From: Candidatus Methylomirabilota bacterium
Lineage (GTDB): Bacteria > Methylomirabilota > Methylomirabilia > Rokubacteriales > CSP1-6
NCBI GenBank assembly: GCA_046723475.1
Contig: JBKOUQ010000037.1
Coordinates: 1-60,627, forward strand
Length of the DNA stretch: 60,627 bases
Direction of reading: 5' to 3'
In this document: positions 1-11,131 of the stretch, one piece after another
How positions within the stretch are numbered: the first letter of the stretch is position 1
Layout of the letters: each line of letters opens with the position of its first letter
Position numbers and translations under genes: made by a program
Notes under the pieces: model-generated
Database searches by the model: none
The model's input: only the letters and a program-made list of their open reading frames with translations
Told to the model about the DNA's origin: nothing

Positions 1-1106
1 CGTCGGTCTGGGCCGTCCTCGCCGCGATCGGAGCCATCGCGTTCCTGCTGGGCGCGCGCTCGGCGGACGCGGCGGCCACCTGGTCGATCTATCTCGTCAA
101 CCTAGTGTTCTGGTCGGCGCTCGCGGTGACGGGTCCGGCCATCGCCGCCATGATGCAGCTCACGGAGGCGCGGTGGTCGCCGAGCGTGCGCCGTATCGCG
201 GTCACCACCGTCGGCTTCCTCCCCGTGTCGTTCGTGCTGCTCATGCTGCTGTTCCCGGGGCGCGAGGTTCTCTACGCGTGGGTGGTGCATCCGATTCCGG
301 TCAAGGCGGCGTGGCTGAACACCACGTTCTTTTTCGTACGCACGCTCGTACTGGCCGCGGTGCTGTTCGTGGTGTGCTTCGCGTTCGCGGCGGCGATCCT
401 GCGCGACACCGTGCCGCCCGGCGACGAGCGCGTGCGCGTGCACCGCAACCGGCTAGCGACGCTGCTGCTGTTCCTGTGGGTCGTGACGGTGTCGCTCTGG
501 GGCTTCGACCTCCTCATGTCGCTCGACCCGCGGTGGTACAGCGGACTGTTCGGTGGCTACTTCGCCGTCAGCTCCCTCTATACGGCGTTCTGCCTACTCG
601 CGATCCTCACGGTGCGCGCCAATGCGCGCGGGCTCGCGGCCATTCCGCCCGCCGCCGTGCAGGACGTGGCGAAGCTGCAGTTCGCGATGTCGATCATGTG
701 GATGTACTTCTTCTGGTCGCAGTACCTCGTGATCTGGTATGGCAACGTGCCGGCGGAAACGCGCTTCTTCGTTCACCGCTTCCTGCTCCAGCCGTGGCTC
801 ACGCTTGCGTGGGTGATCTTTGCGATCGGCTGGCTGATTCCATTTGCCTACTTGGTCAAGCGTCTGACGGGCCGCCCGCCGCAGCGCCATGGGCCGCTCG
901 TCGTCGTCGCCATCATGGGACTCGTCGCGATCTTCCTCGAGCGCGTCTTCCTCGTGTTCCCGTCCGTCTCGCCGCAGACGCGCTTGCCCTTCGGGTTGCG
1001 CGACCTGCTCGTCACGCTCGGCTTCTTCGCGCTGTTCACGCTGAGCCGTCGCGTGTACATGCAGCGCGTCCGTCCTGTCTTCAATCTCCCGCACCCCAGT
1101 CACTGA
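1..1106 (+). CDS. ActF-like (NrfD/PsrC superfamily) membrane subunit of alternative complex III; 5'-partial
   Basis: Frame is open back to the window start (SVWAVLAAIG...). Many TM segments; motifs WYSGLFGGYF and YFFWSQYLVIWYGNVPAE typical of ActF. Confidence 0.75.
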   Translation, partial: SVWAVLAAIGAIAFLLGARSADAAATWSIYLVNLVFWSALAVTGPAIAAMMQLTEARWSPSVRRIAVTTVGFLPVSFVLLMLLFPGREVLYAWVVHPIPVKAAWLNTTFFFVRTLVLAAVLFVVCFAFAAAILRDTVPPGDERVRVHRNRLATLLLFLWVVTVSLWGFDLLMSLDPRWYSGLFGGYFAVSSLYTAFCLLAILTVRANARGLAAIPPAAVQDVAKLQFAMSIMWMYFFWSQYLVIWYGNVPAETRFFVHRFLLQPWLTLAWVIFAIGWLIPFAYLVKRLTGRPPQRHGPLVVVAIMGLVAIFLERVFLVFPSVSPQTRLPFGLRDLLVTLGFFALFTLSRRVYMQRVRPVFNLPHPSH

Positions 1107-1122
1107 GCGACGCCTGCCGGGG

Positions 1123-1128
1123 TACACT
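1123..1128 (+). promoter_or_regulatory. -10 element (TACACT), probable leaderless promoter of moeA
   Basis: TACACT lies 6 nt before ATG 1135; no SD sequence. Confidence 0.5.
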
Positions 1129-1134
1129 GCGCGC

Positions 1135-2334
1135 ATGCTGTCGGTCGAGCAGGCGCAAGCGGAAATCCTTTCGCGTGTACACCCGCTGCCCGTCGAGCGC
1201 GTCGACATCCTGGCCGCACTCGGGCGCGTGCTCGCCGAGACCGTCCGGTCGACACGCCGCATCCCACCGTGGCCGAACTCCTCGATGGACGGCTATGCGG
1301 TGCGCGCCGCGGACACGCGTGCCGGCGCCTCGCTACGCGTCGTCGAGCGCATCATCGCCGGCAGCCTTCCCACGCGGAGAGTCGGGGCGGGGGAGGCGGC
1401 CCGCATCTTCACGGGCGCGCCGATGCCGGAGGGCGCGGATGCGGTCGTGCCGCAAGAGGACGTCGACGCGACCGACGGCGTCGTCGCGCTTCGCGGCACT
1501 GTCGACCCGGGCGCGTACGTGCGGCCCGCGGGGGAAGACGTGTGCGAGGGCGACCTTGTCCTCGACGCCGGGCGCACCATCGGCGCCGCCGAGATCGGAA
1601 TCCTCGCGACGCTCGGCCGCACACAGGTCAGCGTCGGCCGTCGTCCACGCGTCGCGGTGCTCTCGACCGGCAACGAGCTTGCGGATCTCGGCACCGAGCC
1701 GACGCCCGCGCAGATTCCGAACGCGAACACGTATTCCCTGATCGCGCAGATCACGGAGGCCGGCGGCGTGCCGCTGAACCTTGGCGTCGCCCCGGACCGT
1801 CTCGACGCCATCGCCGAGGGCATCGCGCGCGGCGCGGAGGCCGATGTGCTCGTCTCGTCCGCGGGTGTGTCGGTCGGTGAGCTGGACCTGGTTCGCGAAG
1901 CGCTGGTCAATGCCGGGGCCGAGCTGCATCTGTGGAAGGTCGACATGCGGCCCGGCAAGCCGATCACATTCGGCTCGCTGCGCGGCCGGCCGGTGTTCGG
2001 ATTGCCCGGCAATCCCGTGTCGGCGATGGTCACGTTCGAGCTGTTCGTGCGCCCGTCGCTCCTCGCGATGCAGGGGCGGCGCGCGCTTTCGCGCACCACG
2101 CTGCGGGCGACCGTGGCGGCACCGATCGTCAACCGCGGCAGTCGTCGCGGCTACTTGCGAGTCATGCTCGAGGCCAGGGACGGCCGGTGGAGCGCTCGAC
2201 TGACCGGTGACCAGGGCTCGGGCATTCTACGGTCGATGGTCGCCGGTGACGGGCTCGCGGTCGTACCAGGTGACACCGCGCTGAAGGCGGGGGATGACGT
2301 CGAAGTGATTGTCCTGCGCGAGCTTGTGCGCTAG
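1135..2334 (+). CDS. moeA: Molybdopterin molybdotransferase MoeA
   Basis: SSMDGYAVR, RIFTGAPMPEG, STGNEL, GLPGNPVSA motifs. Confidence 0.95.
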   Translation: MLSVEQAQAEILSRVHPLPVERVDILAALGRVLAETVRSTRRIPPWPNSSMDGYAVRAADTRAGASLRVVERIIAGSLPTRRVGAGEAARIFTGAPMPEGADAVVPQEDVDATDGVVALRGTVDPGAYVRPAGEDVCEGDLVLDAGRTIGAAEIGILATLGRTQVSVGRRPRVAVLSTGNELADLGTEPTPAQIPNANTYSLIAQITEAGGVPLNLGVAPDRLDAIAEGIARGAEADVLVSSAGVSVGELDLVREALVNAGAELHLWKVDMRPGKPITFGSLRGRPVFGLPGNPVSAMVTFELFVRPSLLAMQGRRALSRTTLRATVAAPIVNRGSRRGYLRVMLEARDGRWSARLTGDQGSGILRSMVAGDGLAVVPGDTALKAGDDVEVIVLRELVR

Positions 2335-2455
2335 TCGTTGAGACACGACTTCCGACACACCCCGCGTTTCGCCGCGCCGTTGCGAGCAATTTCCGCGTAA
2401 GCGCCGCATCATTTAATAGCAGTCGCGGTGGGTGCGCGTGCTACGGTCGCGGCAG

Positions 2456-3229
2456 ATGACTCGCCGCGCCGGCACCGTTGCGGTCGCGTTGCTGACGATC
2501 ACAGGCTGCGCGACGCGCGCTTCGGTGCGTCAGCTTCACACGGACCTGGCGCGCGTGAGCTCCGATGTCGCGGAGCTCAAGCACTCGCAGGAGCTGAGCA
2601 TCAGCGAGCTCACCCGCGCCACTGCGGACATCCGTGCCCTGCAGGCGCGGAGCGAGGCCGTGGACAATACGCCTCGCCAGCAGGCCAGCGCGGCCGCCGA
2701 CAATACGCTCCGCCAGCAGGCGAGCGCGGCCGCCGACAATACGCTTCGCCAGCAGGCCAGCGCGGCCGCCGAACGAGCTCCCCAGCAGGGGCCTGACGAC
2801 GCGGCTCCCCGCCCAGCCGTCGGTCCAGTCCGTGAGGAGCCAGACGACGCCGATCGTCTGTACAACGCCGCGCTGGCGAACTTTCGCGCGCGCGAGCACG
2901 GGCAAGCCGTCCTCGATTTCATGGACTTCATCGCCAGGTACCCTGCGCATCCGCAGGCCCCGACGGCCCAGTTATGGGTCGCCGAGGCCTATTACGAGCA
3001 GCGCGACTACCGGCAGGCCATCATCGAGCTCGAGCGCGTGGTCACGATGGCGCCGACGTCTTTCGTCGCCGCCGACGCGCTGCTGAAGATCGGCCTCGCC
3101 CACACGATGATGCGCGAGAATTCGCGCGCGCAGCAGGCGTGGCGGCGTCTCGTGCGCGAATACCCGGGAAGCGAGTCGGCCGGGAAAGCGCGCGCGCTGC
3201 TGCGCGAGCACGCCGCGCGGCGCTCGTAA
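2456..3229 (+). CDS. cpoB: Tol-Pal/cell division coordinator CpoB (YbgF)-like lipoprotein: coiled coil plus TPR
   Basis: Lipobox ITGC, N-terminal coiled coil, C-terminal TPRs ending ...LVREYPGSESAGKA. Start is ATG 2456 or GTG 2432. Confidence 0.8.
   Translation: MTRRAGTVAVALLTITGCATRASVRQLHTDLARVSSDVAELKHSQELSISELTRATADIRALQARSEAVDNTPRQQASAAADNTLRQQASAAADNTLRQQASAAAERAPQQGPDDAAPRPAVGPVREEPDDADRLYNAALANFRAREHGQAVLDFMDFIARYPAHPQAPTAQLWVAEAYYEQRDYRQAIIELERVVTMAPTSFVAADALLKIGLAHTMMRENSRAQQAWRRLVREYPGSESAGKARALLREHAARRS
2663..2770 (+). repeat. In-frame tandem repeat, 3 x 36 bp (DNT[P/L]RQQASAAA)
   Basis: gacaatacg units begin at 2663, 2699 and 2735; a degenerate fourth unit follows. Confidence 0.95.
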
Positions 3230-3301
3230 GACGCGGCCGCAACCGTATCCACGGTGAGGCGTTGACCGCGAGGACCGGACCGCCGCACACTGCGCGCCGC
3301 C

Positions 3302-4207
3302 ATGGCCTCGTGCTTCGAGCGCCTCGAGCCGCCCGATCCTCCTTACCCGTTTCGGCTCGCCGAGCTCGTGCCCGCGCCGACGTTGTGGGTGCGCGGCGCG
3401 CTCAGCGATGAGGATGGGCTCGCTGTGGCGATCGTCGGCTCGCGGCGCGCCACACCGTACGGCCTCGAGGTGGCCTCGCAGCTCGCGCGTGACCTCGCCG
3501 CGCGCGGCATCACGATCGTGAGCGGGCTCGCGCGTGGCGTCGATTCCGCTGCCCATCGCGCCGCCCTCGACGCGGGCGGACGCACGCTCGCCGTGCTCGG
3601 CTGCGGCATCGACATCGTTTATCCGCCGGAGAACCGTCGCCTGGCTGATGCGGTGGCGGCCCGCGGCGCGCTCGTCACCCAATTTCCACCCGGCACGCCG
3701 CCGCTCTCGTACAACTTTCCCACCCGCAATCGCACGCTGGCCGCCCTGGTGCTCGGCGTCCTCGTCGTCGAAGCGGCGGAGCGCAGCGGCACTCTGTCTA
3801 CCGCGGGTTTCGCTGCCGATCTCGGCCGCGAAGTGTACGCCGTGCCTGGCAAAATCACGTCGCCCACGAGTGCCGGCGTTCATAGGCTGCTGCGGGACGG
3901 TGCTAGACTTGTGGAGACGTGGAGCGACGTCGTGCAAGAATTACCAGATGCATGGCGCCGACGCGTGCGAGACACCGGCGTCGCGACGATCGGGACCGAA
4001 CGACCATCGAAAGGCACGGATGAAGATCGGATGCTGCAATTGTTGATGCGAGACGAGGCGCAACACATCGAGCGGCTGATCGCTCGGGCGGGGATGGACG
4101 CCGCGCGTGTCGGCGCGATCCTCACGGGGCTCGAGCTCGGCGGGTGGGCCCGTCAGCTCGGCGGCCAGCGGTGGATCGCCGTCGGCGCGCGGTCGGAGGG
4201 AGCCTAG
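3302..4207 (+). CDS. dprA: DNA-processing protein DprA (Smf)
   Basis: AIVGSRRAT, VSGLARGVDSAAH, FPTRNR, VVEAAERSG; lies upstream of topA. Confidence 0.95.
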   Translation: MASCFERLEPPDPPYPFRLAELVPAPTLWVRGALSDEDGLAVAIVGSRRATPYGLEVASQLARDLAARGITIVSGLARGVDSAAHRAALDAGGRTLAVLGCGIDIVYPPENRRLADAVAARGALVTQFPPGTPPLSYNFPTRNRTLAALVLGVLVVEAAERSGTLSTAGFAADLGREVYAVPGKITSPTSAGVHRLLRDGARLVETWSDVVQELPDAWRRRVRDTGVATIGTERPSKGTDEDRMLQLLMRDEAQHIERLIARAGMDAARVGAILTGLELGGWARQLGGQRWIAVGARSEGA

Positions 4208-4209
4208 CC

Positions 4210-6453
4210 GTGGCGAAGTCGCTGGTGATCGTCGAGTCACCGACGAAGGTGAAGACGATCCAGAAGTATCTGGACTCGAAATTCATCGTCAAGGCGTCCA
4301 TGGGGCACGTGCGCGACCTGCCCAAATCGCAGCTCGGTGTGGATCCCAAGAAGAACTTCAAGCCGAAGTACGTGATCTCGCCGACCAAGAAGAAGATTCT
4401 CGACGAGCTGCGGAAGGCGGCCGAGAAGGCCGACGCTCTGTACGTCGCGACCGACCCCGACCGCGAGGGTGAGGCCATCGGGTGGCATCTCGCCCAGGAG
4501 CTTCCGGTCGACAAGAAGAAGATCTTTCGCATCACCTTCAACGAGATCACCGAGCGCGCGGTCAAGGCCGCGTTCACGAAGCCGGGCAAGATCGACATGC
4601 ACAAGGTCGACGCCCAGCAGGCCCGCCGCGTGCTCGACCGGCTGGTGGGCTACAGCCTGTCCCCGCTGCTCTGGGACAAGGTGCGTCGTGGACTGTCGGC
4701 GGGCCGTGTGCAGTCGGTGGCGGTCGCGCTGATCGTCGATCGCGAGCGTGAGATCGAGGCGTTCGTACCGGTCGAATACTGGTCGCTGCACGCAGCGCTC
4801 GAGGGCCGACGCCCGCCGCAGTTCGAGGCCACGCTGCGCGAGGTGCGCGGCGAAAAGGCCGCACTGGCCAACGAAGCGGACACGCGCGCACTCATGGCCA
4901 CGCTCGAGGGCCGACCGTTCGTCGTCCGCTCGGTCACGCGTGGCGAGCGCCGACGCAACCCGGCACCCCCGTTCATCACGTCGACCATGCAGCAGGATGC
5001 GGGCCGTAAGCTCGGATTCTCCGCGAAGAAGACGATGACGGTCGCCCAGCAGCTGTACGAAGGCGTGGAGCTCGGCGAGGAGGGCGCTGTCGGTCTCATC
5101 ACGTACATGCGCACTGACTCGGTACGGATCGCTCAGGAGGCGCAGGCCGACGCCCGCCGATGGGCTACCGAGCGGCTCGGCGGCGAGTATCTGCCGGACA
5201 CGTCGCCCGTGTACAAGTCGCGCGGCAGCGCCCAGGAGGCGCACGAGGCGATCCGTCCGTCCGACGTGGCGCGCGATCCAAAGTCGATGGCGCGCTTCCT
5301 CACCAAGGATCAGCTCGCGCTCTACCGGCTCATCTGGGAGCGCTTCCTCGCCAGCCAGCTGATGCCGGCCGTGTACGACACGGTGGCCGCGGACATCGAG
5401 GCCGGTGACTGCGTGTTTCGCGCGCAGGGCCAGACGATGAAGTTCAAGGGCTTCACGGCGATCTACGTCGAGAGCCGCGAGGAGCACGAGGTGGTCGAGG
5501 ACGACACCGAGCGGCCGATGCCCGATCTCGAAGAGGGCGAGACGCTGCGACTGCTCGGGCTCGACCCGCGCCAGCACTTCACGCAGCCGCCGCCCCGCTA
5601 CACCGAAGCCTCGCTCATCAAGGCCCTGGAAGAGCTCGGCATCGGGCGGCCGTCGACCTACGCGTCGATCCTCGGCACGATCATCAACGATCGCGGTTAC
5701 GTGCACCGCGAGCGGCGCACGCTCTTTCCGACCGAGCTCGGCAAGGAAGTCACGGACCTCCTCAAGCCGTTCTTCTCCGACATCATCAACGTCGAGTTTA
5801 CGGCGCAGATGGAGGAAGAGCTCGACCGTGTCGAGGAAGGCGAGATGTCCTGGGTCGACACCGTCAAGGACTTCTACGAGCCGTTCAAGCGTGACCTCGC
5901 CGCCGCGAAGAAGGACATGCGCAACGTCAAGAAGGGCGAGGAAACGGGCGAGGCGTGCCCGGAGTGCGGCGAGCCACTCCTGGAGCGCTGGGGTCGCATG
6001 GGCAAGTTCCTCGGCTGTTCGGGGTACCCCGACTGCCGCTACACGCGCAACCTCAACGGCGTCGAGCGCGCCGAGGATCAGCCCACCGACGAGACGTGCC
6101 CGACGTGCGGCAAGGCGATGGTGATCAAGCACGGCCGCTTCGGGAAGTTCATCGCGTGCTCGGGCTATCCCGAGTGCAAGACGACGAAGCCGGTCACGCT
6201 CGGCATCAAGTGTCCCGAGCCCAACTGTCAGGGCGAGCTGGTGGAGCGGCGGTCGAAGAAGGGCCGGACGTTCTTCGGCTGCTCGGCCTACCCGAACTGC
6301 AAGTTCGTCGTGTGGCAGCGACCGATCAACGAGCCATGCCCGAAGTGCGGAGCGCCGTTCCTCACCGAGCGCGTCGCCAAGGGCCACGAGGTCCGCACGT
6401 GCGTGCGTGAGGGTTGCGACTACAAGCAGGAGGCCGAGATCACGGTCGCATGA
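4210..6453 (+). CDS. topA: Type I DNA topoisomerase with C-terminal zinc ribbons
   Basis: GTG start [13 protein letters not shown]; [23 protein letters not shown] (catalytic Tyr), GIGRPSTY; repeated CPxC ribbons. Confidence 0.98.
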   Translation: MAKSLVIVESPTKVKTIQKYLDSKFIVKASMGHVRDLPKSQLGVDPKKNFKPKYVISPTKKKILDELRKAAEKADALYVATDPDREGEAIGWHLAQELPVDKKKIFRITFNEITERAVKAAFTKPGKIDMHKVDAQQARRVLDRLVGYSLSPLLWDKVRRGLSAGRVQSVAVALIVDREREIEAFVPVEYWSLHAALEGRRPPQFEATLREVRGEKAALANEADTRALMATLEGRPFVVRSVTRGERRRNPAPPFITSTMQQDAGRKLGFSAKKTMTVAQQLYEGVELGEEGAVGLITYMRTDSVRIAQEAQADARRWATERLGGEYLPDTSPVYKSRGSAQEAHEAIRPSDVARDPKSMARFLTKDQLALYRLIWERFLASQLMPAVYDTVAADIEAGDCVFRAQGQTMKFKGFTAIYVESREEHEVVEDDTERPMPDLEEGETLRLLGLDPRQHFTQPPPRYTEASLIKALEELGIGRPSTYASILGTIINDRGYVHRERRTLFPTELGKEVTDLLKPFFSDIINVEFTAQMEEELDRVEEGEMSWVDTVKDFYEPFKRDLAAAKKDMRNVKKGEETGEACPECGEPLLERWGRMGKFLGCSGYPDCRYTRNLNGVERAEDQPTDETCPTCGKAMVIKHGRFGKFIACSGYPECKTTKPVTLGIKCPEPNCQGELVERRSKKGRTFFGCSAYPNCKFVVWQRPINEPCPKCGAPFLTERVAKGHEVRTCVREGCDYKQEAEITVA

Positions 6454-7379
6454 AGGCGCCGCTCGCCACCTTCCTGCGCCACCTCGCCATCGAGAAGCAC
6501 GCCTCGTCGCACACGCTGCGCGCTTACAGTGCGGACCTCGAAGAGTGGACGCGCTTCCTCGCACAGGGGAGCGGTCGTGACGACGACGCCCGGCGCGAGC
6601 GTCTCGTCCCCGACGCGACCAGCCGCGACGTACGCGCATGGCTCGCCTCGCTCCACGCGCGGGGCCTCGATGCCGTTTCCGTCGGCCGAAAGCTCGCCGC
6701 CATTCGCAGCCTGTATCGCTTCCTCGCCCGGCGCGGCGCGGTGCGCCGCAACCCGGCGCGCGAGGTGCGTGCGCCGCGGCCCGCGCGCAAGCTTGTGACG
6801 TTCCTGCCGATGGCGGAGGCGGAGGCGGTTGTGGACGGGCGCGCCGTCGCTGGCTCCGCGCGCGAGCGCGACGTCGCCGTCCTCGAGCTGCTGTACGCGA
6901 CCGGGCTGCGCGTGTCGGAGCTGTGCGGCCTCGATCTCGATGCGCTCGATCGCGACGCCCGGACGGTCCGCGTGCTCGGCAAGGGTAGCAAGGAGCGCAT
7001 CGTGCCCTATGGCGCCGCCGCCGCACGCGCGCTCGACGCGTACGTGGCGCGGCGCGCCCCGGCCGCCCGCGGTCCCGTGTTCGTGAACCAGCGCGGCGGG
7101 CGGCTGACGCCGCGCTCGATTCACACGATCGTACGCCGCGCCGTTCGCGCCGCGGGGGTCACGCGACGTGTGAGCCCGCACACGCTGCGCCACACGTTCG
7201 CCACGCATCTGCTCGACGGCGGCGCCGACCTGCGAATGATCCAGGAGCTCCTCGGACATAGCCGTCTGTCGACGACCCAGCGCTACACCCACGTCAGCAC
7301 CGCGCAGCTGCTCCGAACCTACGAAGCCGCCCATCCCCGCGCTGCCGCACGCGACGGGTCGCGCGCGAAGAAGCTTTAG
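6450..7379 (+). CDS. xerC: Tyrosine recombinase XerC
   Basis: ATGA overlap with topA; [44 protein letters not shown]. Confidence 0.92.
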   Translation: MKAPLATFLRHLAIEKHASSHTLRAYSADLEEWTRFLAQGSGRDDDARRERLVPDATSRDVRAWLASLHARGLDAVSVGRKLAAIRSLYRFLARRGAVRRNPAREVRAPRPARKLVTFLPMAEAEAVVDGRAVAGSARERDVAVLELLYATGLRVSELCGLDLDALDRDARTVRVLGKGSKERIVPYGAAAARALDAYVARRAPAARGPVFVNQRGGRLTPRSIHTIVRRAVRAAGVTRRVSPHTLRHTFATHLLDGGADLRMIQELLGHSRLSTTQRYTHVSTAQLLRTYEAAHPRAAARDGSRAKKL

Positions 7380-8299
7380 GGAGTCGCACGATCGACGCAG
7401 CTTGGATCGGATACGTCTTTCGCTCCGGCGTTTCCGCTCAGCGTCCCGAGAGCTCCTTCGATGTAGGCGCCGACCTCGCATCGGATCCCGAATCGACCGT
7501 TGGCGGTCGTCGTCGTATTCGGCTGCTCGAACAGGCGCATGGCGGAATCCGCGAGATTCACGCCCGAGTTCCCGAAGACGCGAATCCCATCCTGCCCGTT
7601 GCCGTTGAAGACGTTGGCGGCCACGTCGGCATGGGACGTCTGCTGCACGGTCAAGCCATGACGCCGATTGCCGCTGATCGTATTTCCAATGATGCGAGCG
7701 GTCGAGGACCGCAGAATCATGATCCCATCGCCGCCGTTGTTCTCAACGACGTTCGGCTGCGGAACTCGATCGCCTGTCTGCATGACGCCGAAGTGGACGG
7801 ACGCACTGCCGAGCACCAGAACTCCGTGCGACTGGTTCTGCCGAATGATGTTCTTGACGACACGCGCAAAGCTGTTCTGGGAGACCTCGAGACCGCTGAG
7901 AGCGGCGTTCTGCATCGTGTTGCCCTCGACGATCGCCGTCGCGCCTCGGTTGATCGCGATGCCGAACTGTCCCCCCGTGACCGTCAGGTTTTTGATCGTG
8001 ATCTCACGTCCCAGGACCTGGACGCCGGGCTGGCGCGCATCCGGGGCGTGGATCGTTCCCTTGCCCTGGCCGTCGAGGGTGACGTGATTGACTCCCGCCT
8101 GAATCAGGACGTTCTCTCGGCAAGTCCCCTGTACTAGGACAACATCGCCCCGTTGCAGGCGCGAGAGCACCGGTCCCAGGGCACCTCCCGTATTGCAATC
8201 GACCGTCACCGTTTCTGCAGTGACCCGCGATACGACGGCGAGCCCGAGACACAGGAGGATCAGGGGGCTGACGATCCCGACGCGCCTGGCCACTTCCAT
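7376..8299 (-). CDS. Secreted right-handed parallel beta-helix repeat protein (NosD/Beta_helix-like)
   Basis: SD AAGGAG before ATG 8299; signal peptide; repeated (I/V)xxNxxxxNxxxGI units. Confidence 0.8.
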   Translation of the reverse strand: MEVARRVGIVSPLILLCLGLAVVSRVTAETVTVDCNTGGALGPVLSRLQRGDVVLVQGTCRENVLIQAGVNHVTLDGQGKGTIHAPDARQPGVQVLGREITIKNLTVTGGQFGIAINRGATAIVEGNTMQNAALSGLEVSQNSFARVVKNIIRQNQSHGVLVLGSASVHFGVMQTGDRVPQPNVVENNGGDGIMILRSSTARIIGNTISGNRRHGLTVQQTSHADVAANVFNGNGQDGIRVFGNSGVNLADSAMRLFEQPNTTTTANGRFGIRCEVGAYIEGALGTLSGNAGAKDVSDPSCVDRATP

Positions 8300-8328
8300 T
8301 TCGTCTCCTTTCAAAGGCGCCTCGCGGC

Positions 8329-8357
8329 CCCCGCTACAATAAACCCCGCTACAATAA
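8329..8357 (+). repeat. Tandem duplication (period 15) of ccccgctacaataa containing a TACAAT -10 box
   Basis: Copies at 8329-8342 and 8344-8357; second TACAAT (8350-8355) is 6 nt before the hslV ATG. Confidence 0.9.
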
Positions 8358-8361
8358 GCCG

Positions 8362-8889
8362 ATGTTTCACGCCACCACCGTCCTCAGTGTCCGACACCGC
8401 GCGCAGGTCGCCATGGCGGGCGACGGGCAGGTGACGATCGGCCAAACGGTCGTGAAGGCGGGCGCCCGCAAGGTGCGAAAGGTCTACGGCGACCGGGTGC
8501 TCGCGGGCTTCGCCGGCGCCGCCGCCGACGCGTTCACCCTGTTCGCACGATTCGAGGCCAAGCTCGAGGAGCACCGAGGCAACCTGCCGCGCGCGGCCGT
8601 CGAGCTCGCCAAGGACTGGCGTACCGACCGGGTACTGCGACGGCTCGAAGCGCTGCTTGCGATCGCCGATCGCGACCATTCGCTGATCGTCTCGGGCACG
8701 GGTGACGTCATCGAGCCCGACGACGGCTTGATTGGCATCGGCTCGGGGGGGCCATACGCGCTCGCCGCCGCACGCGCGCTCGTTTCGCACTCCGACCTCG
8801 ACGCCAAAGCCATCGTGACGGAAGCGATGCGGGTGGCGGCGACGATTTGCATCTACACCAACGATCAGATCACGGTGGAAGCGCTGTGA
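8362..8889 (+). CDS. hslV: ATP-dependent protease subunit HslV
   Basis: HATT N-terminus, [28 protein letters not shown]. Confidence 0.98.
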   Translation: MFHATTVLSVRHRAQVAMAGDGQVTIGQTVVKAGARKVRKVYGDRVLAGFAGAAADAFTLFARFEAKLEEHRGNLPRAAVELAKDWRTDRVLRRLEALLAIADRDHSLIVSGTGDVIEPDDGLIGIGSGGPYALAAARALVSHSDLDAKAIVTEAMRVAATICIYTNDQITVEAL

Positions 8890-10259
8890 GTCACACCAGC
8901 AGTCCAAACAGCCTCACGCCGGCGCAGATCGTCGCCGAGCTCGACCGGTACATCGTCGGTCAGGCAAAAGCGAAGCGCGCCGTGGCCATCGCGCTGCGCA
9001 ACCGCTGGCGGCGGCAGAACCTGCCGCCCGAGCTGCGCGACGAGGTCGCGCCGAAGAACATCATCATGATCGGGCCCACCGGGGTGGGGAAGACCGAGAT
9101 CGCGCGGCGGCTGTCGCGCCTCGCGCAGGCGCCCTTCGTCAAGGTCGAGGCATCGAAGTACACCGAGGTCGGCTACGTCGGCCGCGACGTCGAGTCGATG
9201 ATCCGCGATCTCACCGAGCTCGGCGTCAACATGGTCAAGGGCGAGCTGATGGCTCAGGTGCAAGAGAAGGCGGAGCGGCAGGCCGAGGACCGGCTGCTCG
9301 AGCTGCTGCTGCCGCGCGCGGGGGGCGAGCCGTTCGGCAGCGCGTCGCTCGAGCAGGTGAGTGCGGGCGCCTCGCGCGAGGCCACGCTCGACAAGCTCCG
9401 CGCGCAGCTGCGCGCGGGCAAGCTCGACGAGCGCATCGTGGAGCTCGAGACCCAGCAGCAGACGATGCCGATGGTCGGCGTGCTGTCGGGCCAGGGCATG
9501 GAAGAGATGGGGATGCATCTCAACGACATGCTCAGCAACATCCTGCCGGCCAAGACCAAGCGCCGCCGCGTCCGCGTCGCCGACGCGCGCAAGATCCTGG
9601 TGCAGGAAGAGGCGGCGAAGCTCGTCGACATGGAGGAGGTCGTCGCCCAGGCCATTCGCCGGGTCGAGAACTCCGGCATCGTGTTCCTGGACGAGCTCGA
9701 CAAGGTGGCGGGCCGGCAGAGCGCCGCCCATGGCCCCGATGTGTCGCGCGAGGGCGTGCAGCGCGACCTGCTGCCGATTGTCGAGGGCTCGGCGGTGACG
9801 ACGAAGTACGGCGTGGTGCGGACCGACCACGTCCTGTTCATCGCGGCCGGCGCGTTTCACGTTGCCAAGCCGTCCGATCTCATCCCCGAGCTGCAGGGCC
9901 GATTTCCCATCCGCGTCGAGCTGGAGCCCTTGACGCGCGAGGATTTCATCCGCATTCTGACCGAGCCCCGGAACGCGCTCGTGCGGCAATACGTGGAGCT
10001 GCTGAAGACGGAAGCCGTCACGTTGCGTCTGTTGCCGGAGGCGGTGGAGGCCATCGCGGAGATCGCGATGCGCGTGAACGAGAGCACCGAGAACATCGGT
10101 GCGCGGCGGCTCTACACGGTGATGGAGAAGCTCTTGGAGGACATCTCGTTCAATGCCCCGGACCTGCCAGGTAAGGAGCTGACGATCGACGCCGAGTACG
10201 TGCGGCAGCGGCTCGCCGACATCTGGCGCGACCAGGACCTCTCGCGCTACATCCTCTGA
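8886..10259 (+). CDS. hslU: ATP-dependent protease ATPase subunit HslU
   Basis: GPTGVGKTE Walker A, GYVG pore loop, VQRDLLP, ends DLSRYIL; GTGA overlap with hslV. Confidence 0.98.
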   Translation: MSHTSSPNSLTPAQIVAELDRYIVGQAKAKRAVAIALRNRWRRQNLPPELRDEVAPKNIIMIGPTGVGKTEIARRLSRLAQAPFVKVEASKYTEVGYVGRDVESMIRDLTELGVNMVKGELMAQVQEKAERQAEDRLLELLLPRAGGEPFGSASLEQVSAGASREATLDKLRAQLRAGKLDERIVELETQQQTMPMVGVLSGQGMEEMGMHLNDMLSNILPAKTKRRRVRVADARKILVQEEAAKLVDMEEVVAQAIRRVENSGIVFLDELDKVAGRQSAAHGPDVSREGVQRDLLPIVEGSAVTTKYGVVRTDHVLFIAAGAFHVAKPSDLIPELQGRFPIRVELEPLTREDFIRILTEPRNALVRQYVELLKTEAVTLRLLPEAVEAIAEIAMRVNESTENIGARRLYTVMEKLLEDISFNAPDLPGKELTIDAEYVRQRLADIWRDQDLSRYIL

Positions 10260-11131
10260 TGGCGATGGAGAACGCGGCCAAGCGCGTCGAGATCCTCATG
10301 GAGGCGCTCCCGTACATCCGGGAGTTTCGGGGCAAGTCCGTCGTCATCAAGTACGGTGGCGCGGCCATGGACCAGGCCGACCTCAAGGAGTCGTTTGCGC
10401 TCGACGTCATCCTCTTGCATCTGGTCGGAATCGATCCCGTCATCGTGCACGGCGGCGGACCGCAGATCGGCGCGCTCATGAAGCGCCTGGGCAAGCAGCC
10501 CACGTTCGTGGGCGGCATGCGCGTGACCGACGAGGAAACGGTCGAGATCGTCGAGATGGTCCTCGTCGGCAAGATCAATAAGGAGATCGTCGGCCTCATC
10601 AACCATCATGGCGGCAAGGCCGTCGGGCTCTCCGGCAAGGACGGCCAGCTGCTGCTGGCGCGCCGTCGGCTGCACCGGCTGCCGAGCGGCGAGACCGTGG
10701 ACATCGGCCTGGTGGGCGAGGTGGAGCGCGTCAACGCCGAGCCGATCCGGCTCCTGGAGGAGCGCGGCTTCATCGCGGTCATCGCGCCGGTAGGCGTCGG
10801 CGGTGGCGGCGAGACGTACAACATCAACGCGGATCTCGTTGCGGGCGAGGTGGCGGCCGCGCTCGGCGCCGAGAAGCTCATCCACCTGACCGATGTGCAG
10901 GGAATCAAGGACAAGGATGGCAAGCTTGTGAGCACGCTCGCGCGCAAGGACGCCGAGCGGCTCATGAAGGCAGGCGTCATCGACGGCGGAATGCTGCCGA
11001 AGGTCGAGTCCGCGCTGCGCGCGCTGCAGGGCGGCACCGCGAAGGCCCACATCATCGACGGCCGCGTGCCGCACGCGATCCTGCTCGAGCTGTTCACCCG
11101 CGAAGGCATCGGCACGGAGATCGTACTGTGA
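10259..11131 (+). CDS. argB: Acetylglutamate kinase
   Basis: EALPYI, VIKYGGAAM, VHGGG, NINAD, GGMLPKV. Confidence 0.97.
   Translation: MAMENAAKRVEILMEALPYIREFRGKSVVIKYGGAAMDQADLKESFALDVILLHLVGIDPVIVHGGGPQIGALMKRLGKQPTFVGGMRVTDEETVEIVEMVLVGKINKEIVGLINHHGGKAVGLSGKDGQLLLARRRLHRLPSGETVDIGLVGEVERVNAEPIRLLEERGFIAVIAPVGVGGGGETYNINADLVAGEVAAALGAEKLIHLTDVQGIKDKDGKLVSTLARKDAERLMKAGVIDGGMLPKVESALRALQGGTAKAHIIDGRVPHAILLELFTREGIGTEIVL

Noticed and set aside
2663-2770. 36-bp repeats as a CRISPR array
   Set aside because: No spacers, in frame within cpoB, and no cas genes in the window.
6450-7379. Tyrosine recombinase as a mobile-element integrase
   Set aside because: Its size, motifs and topA/hslVU context indicate housekeeping XerC.
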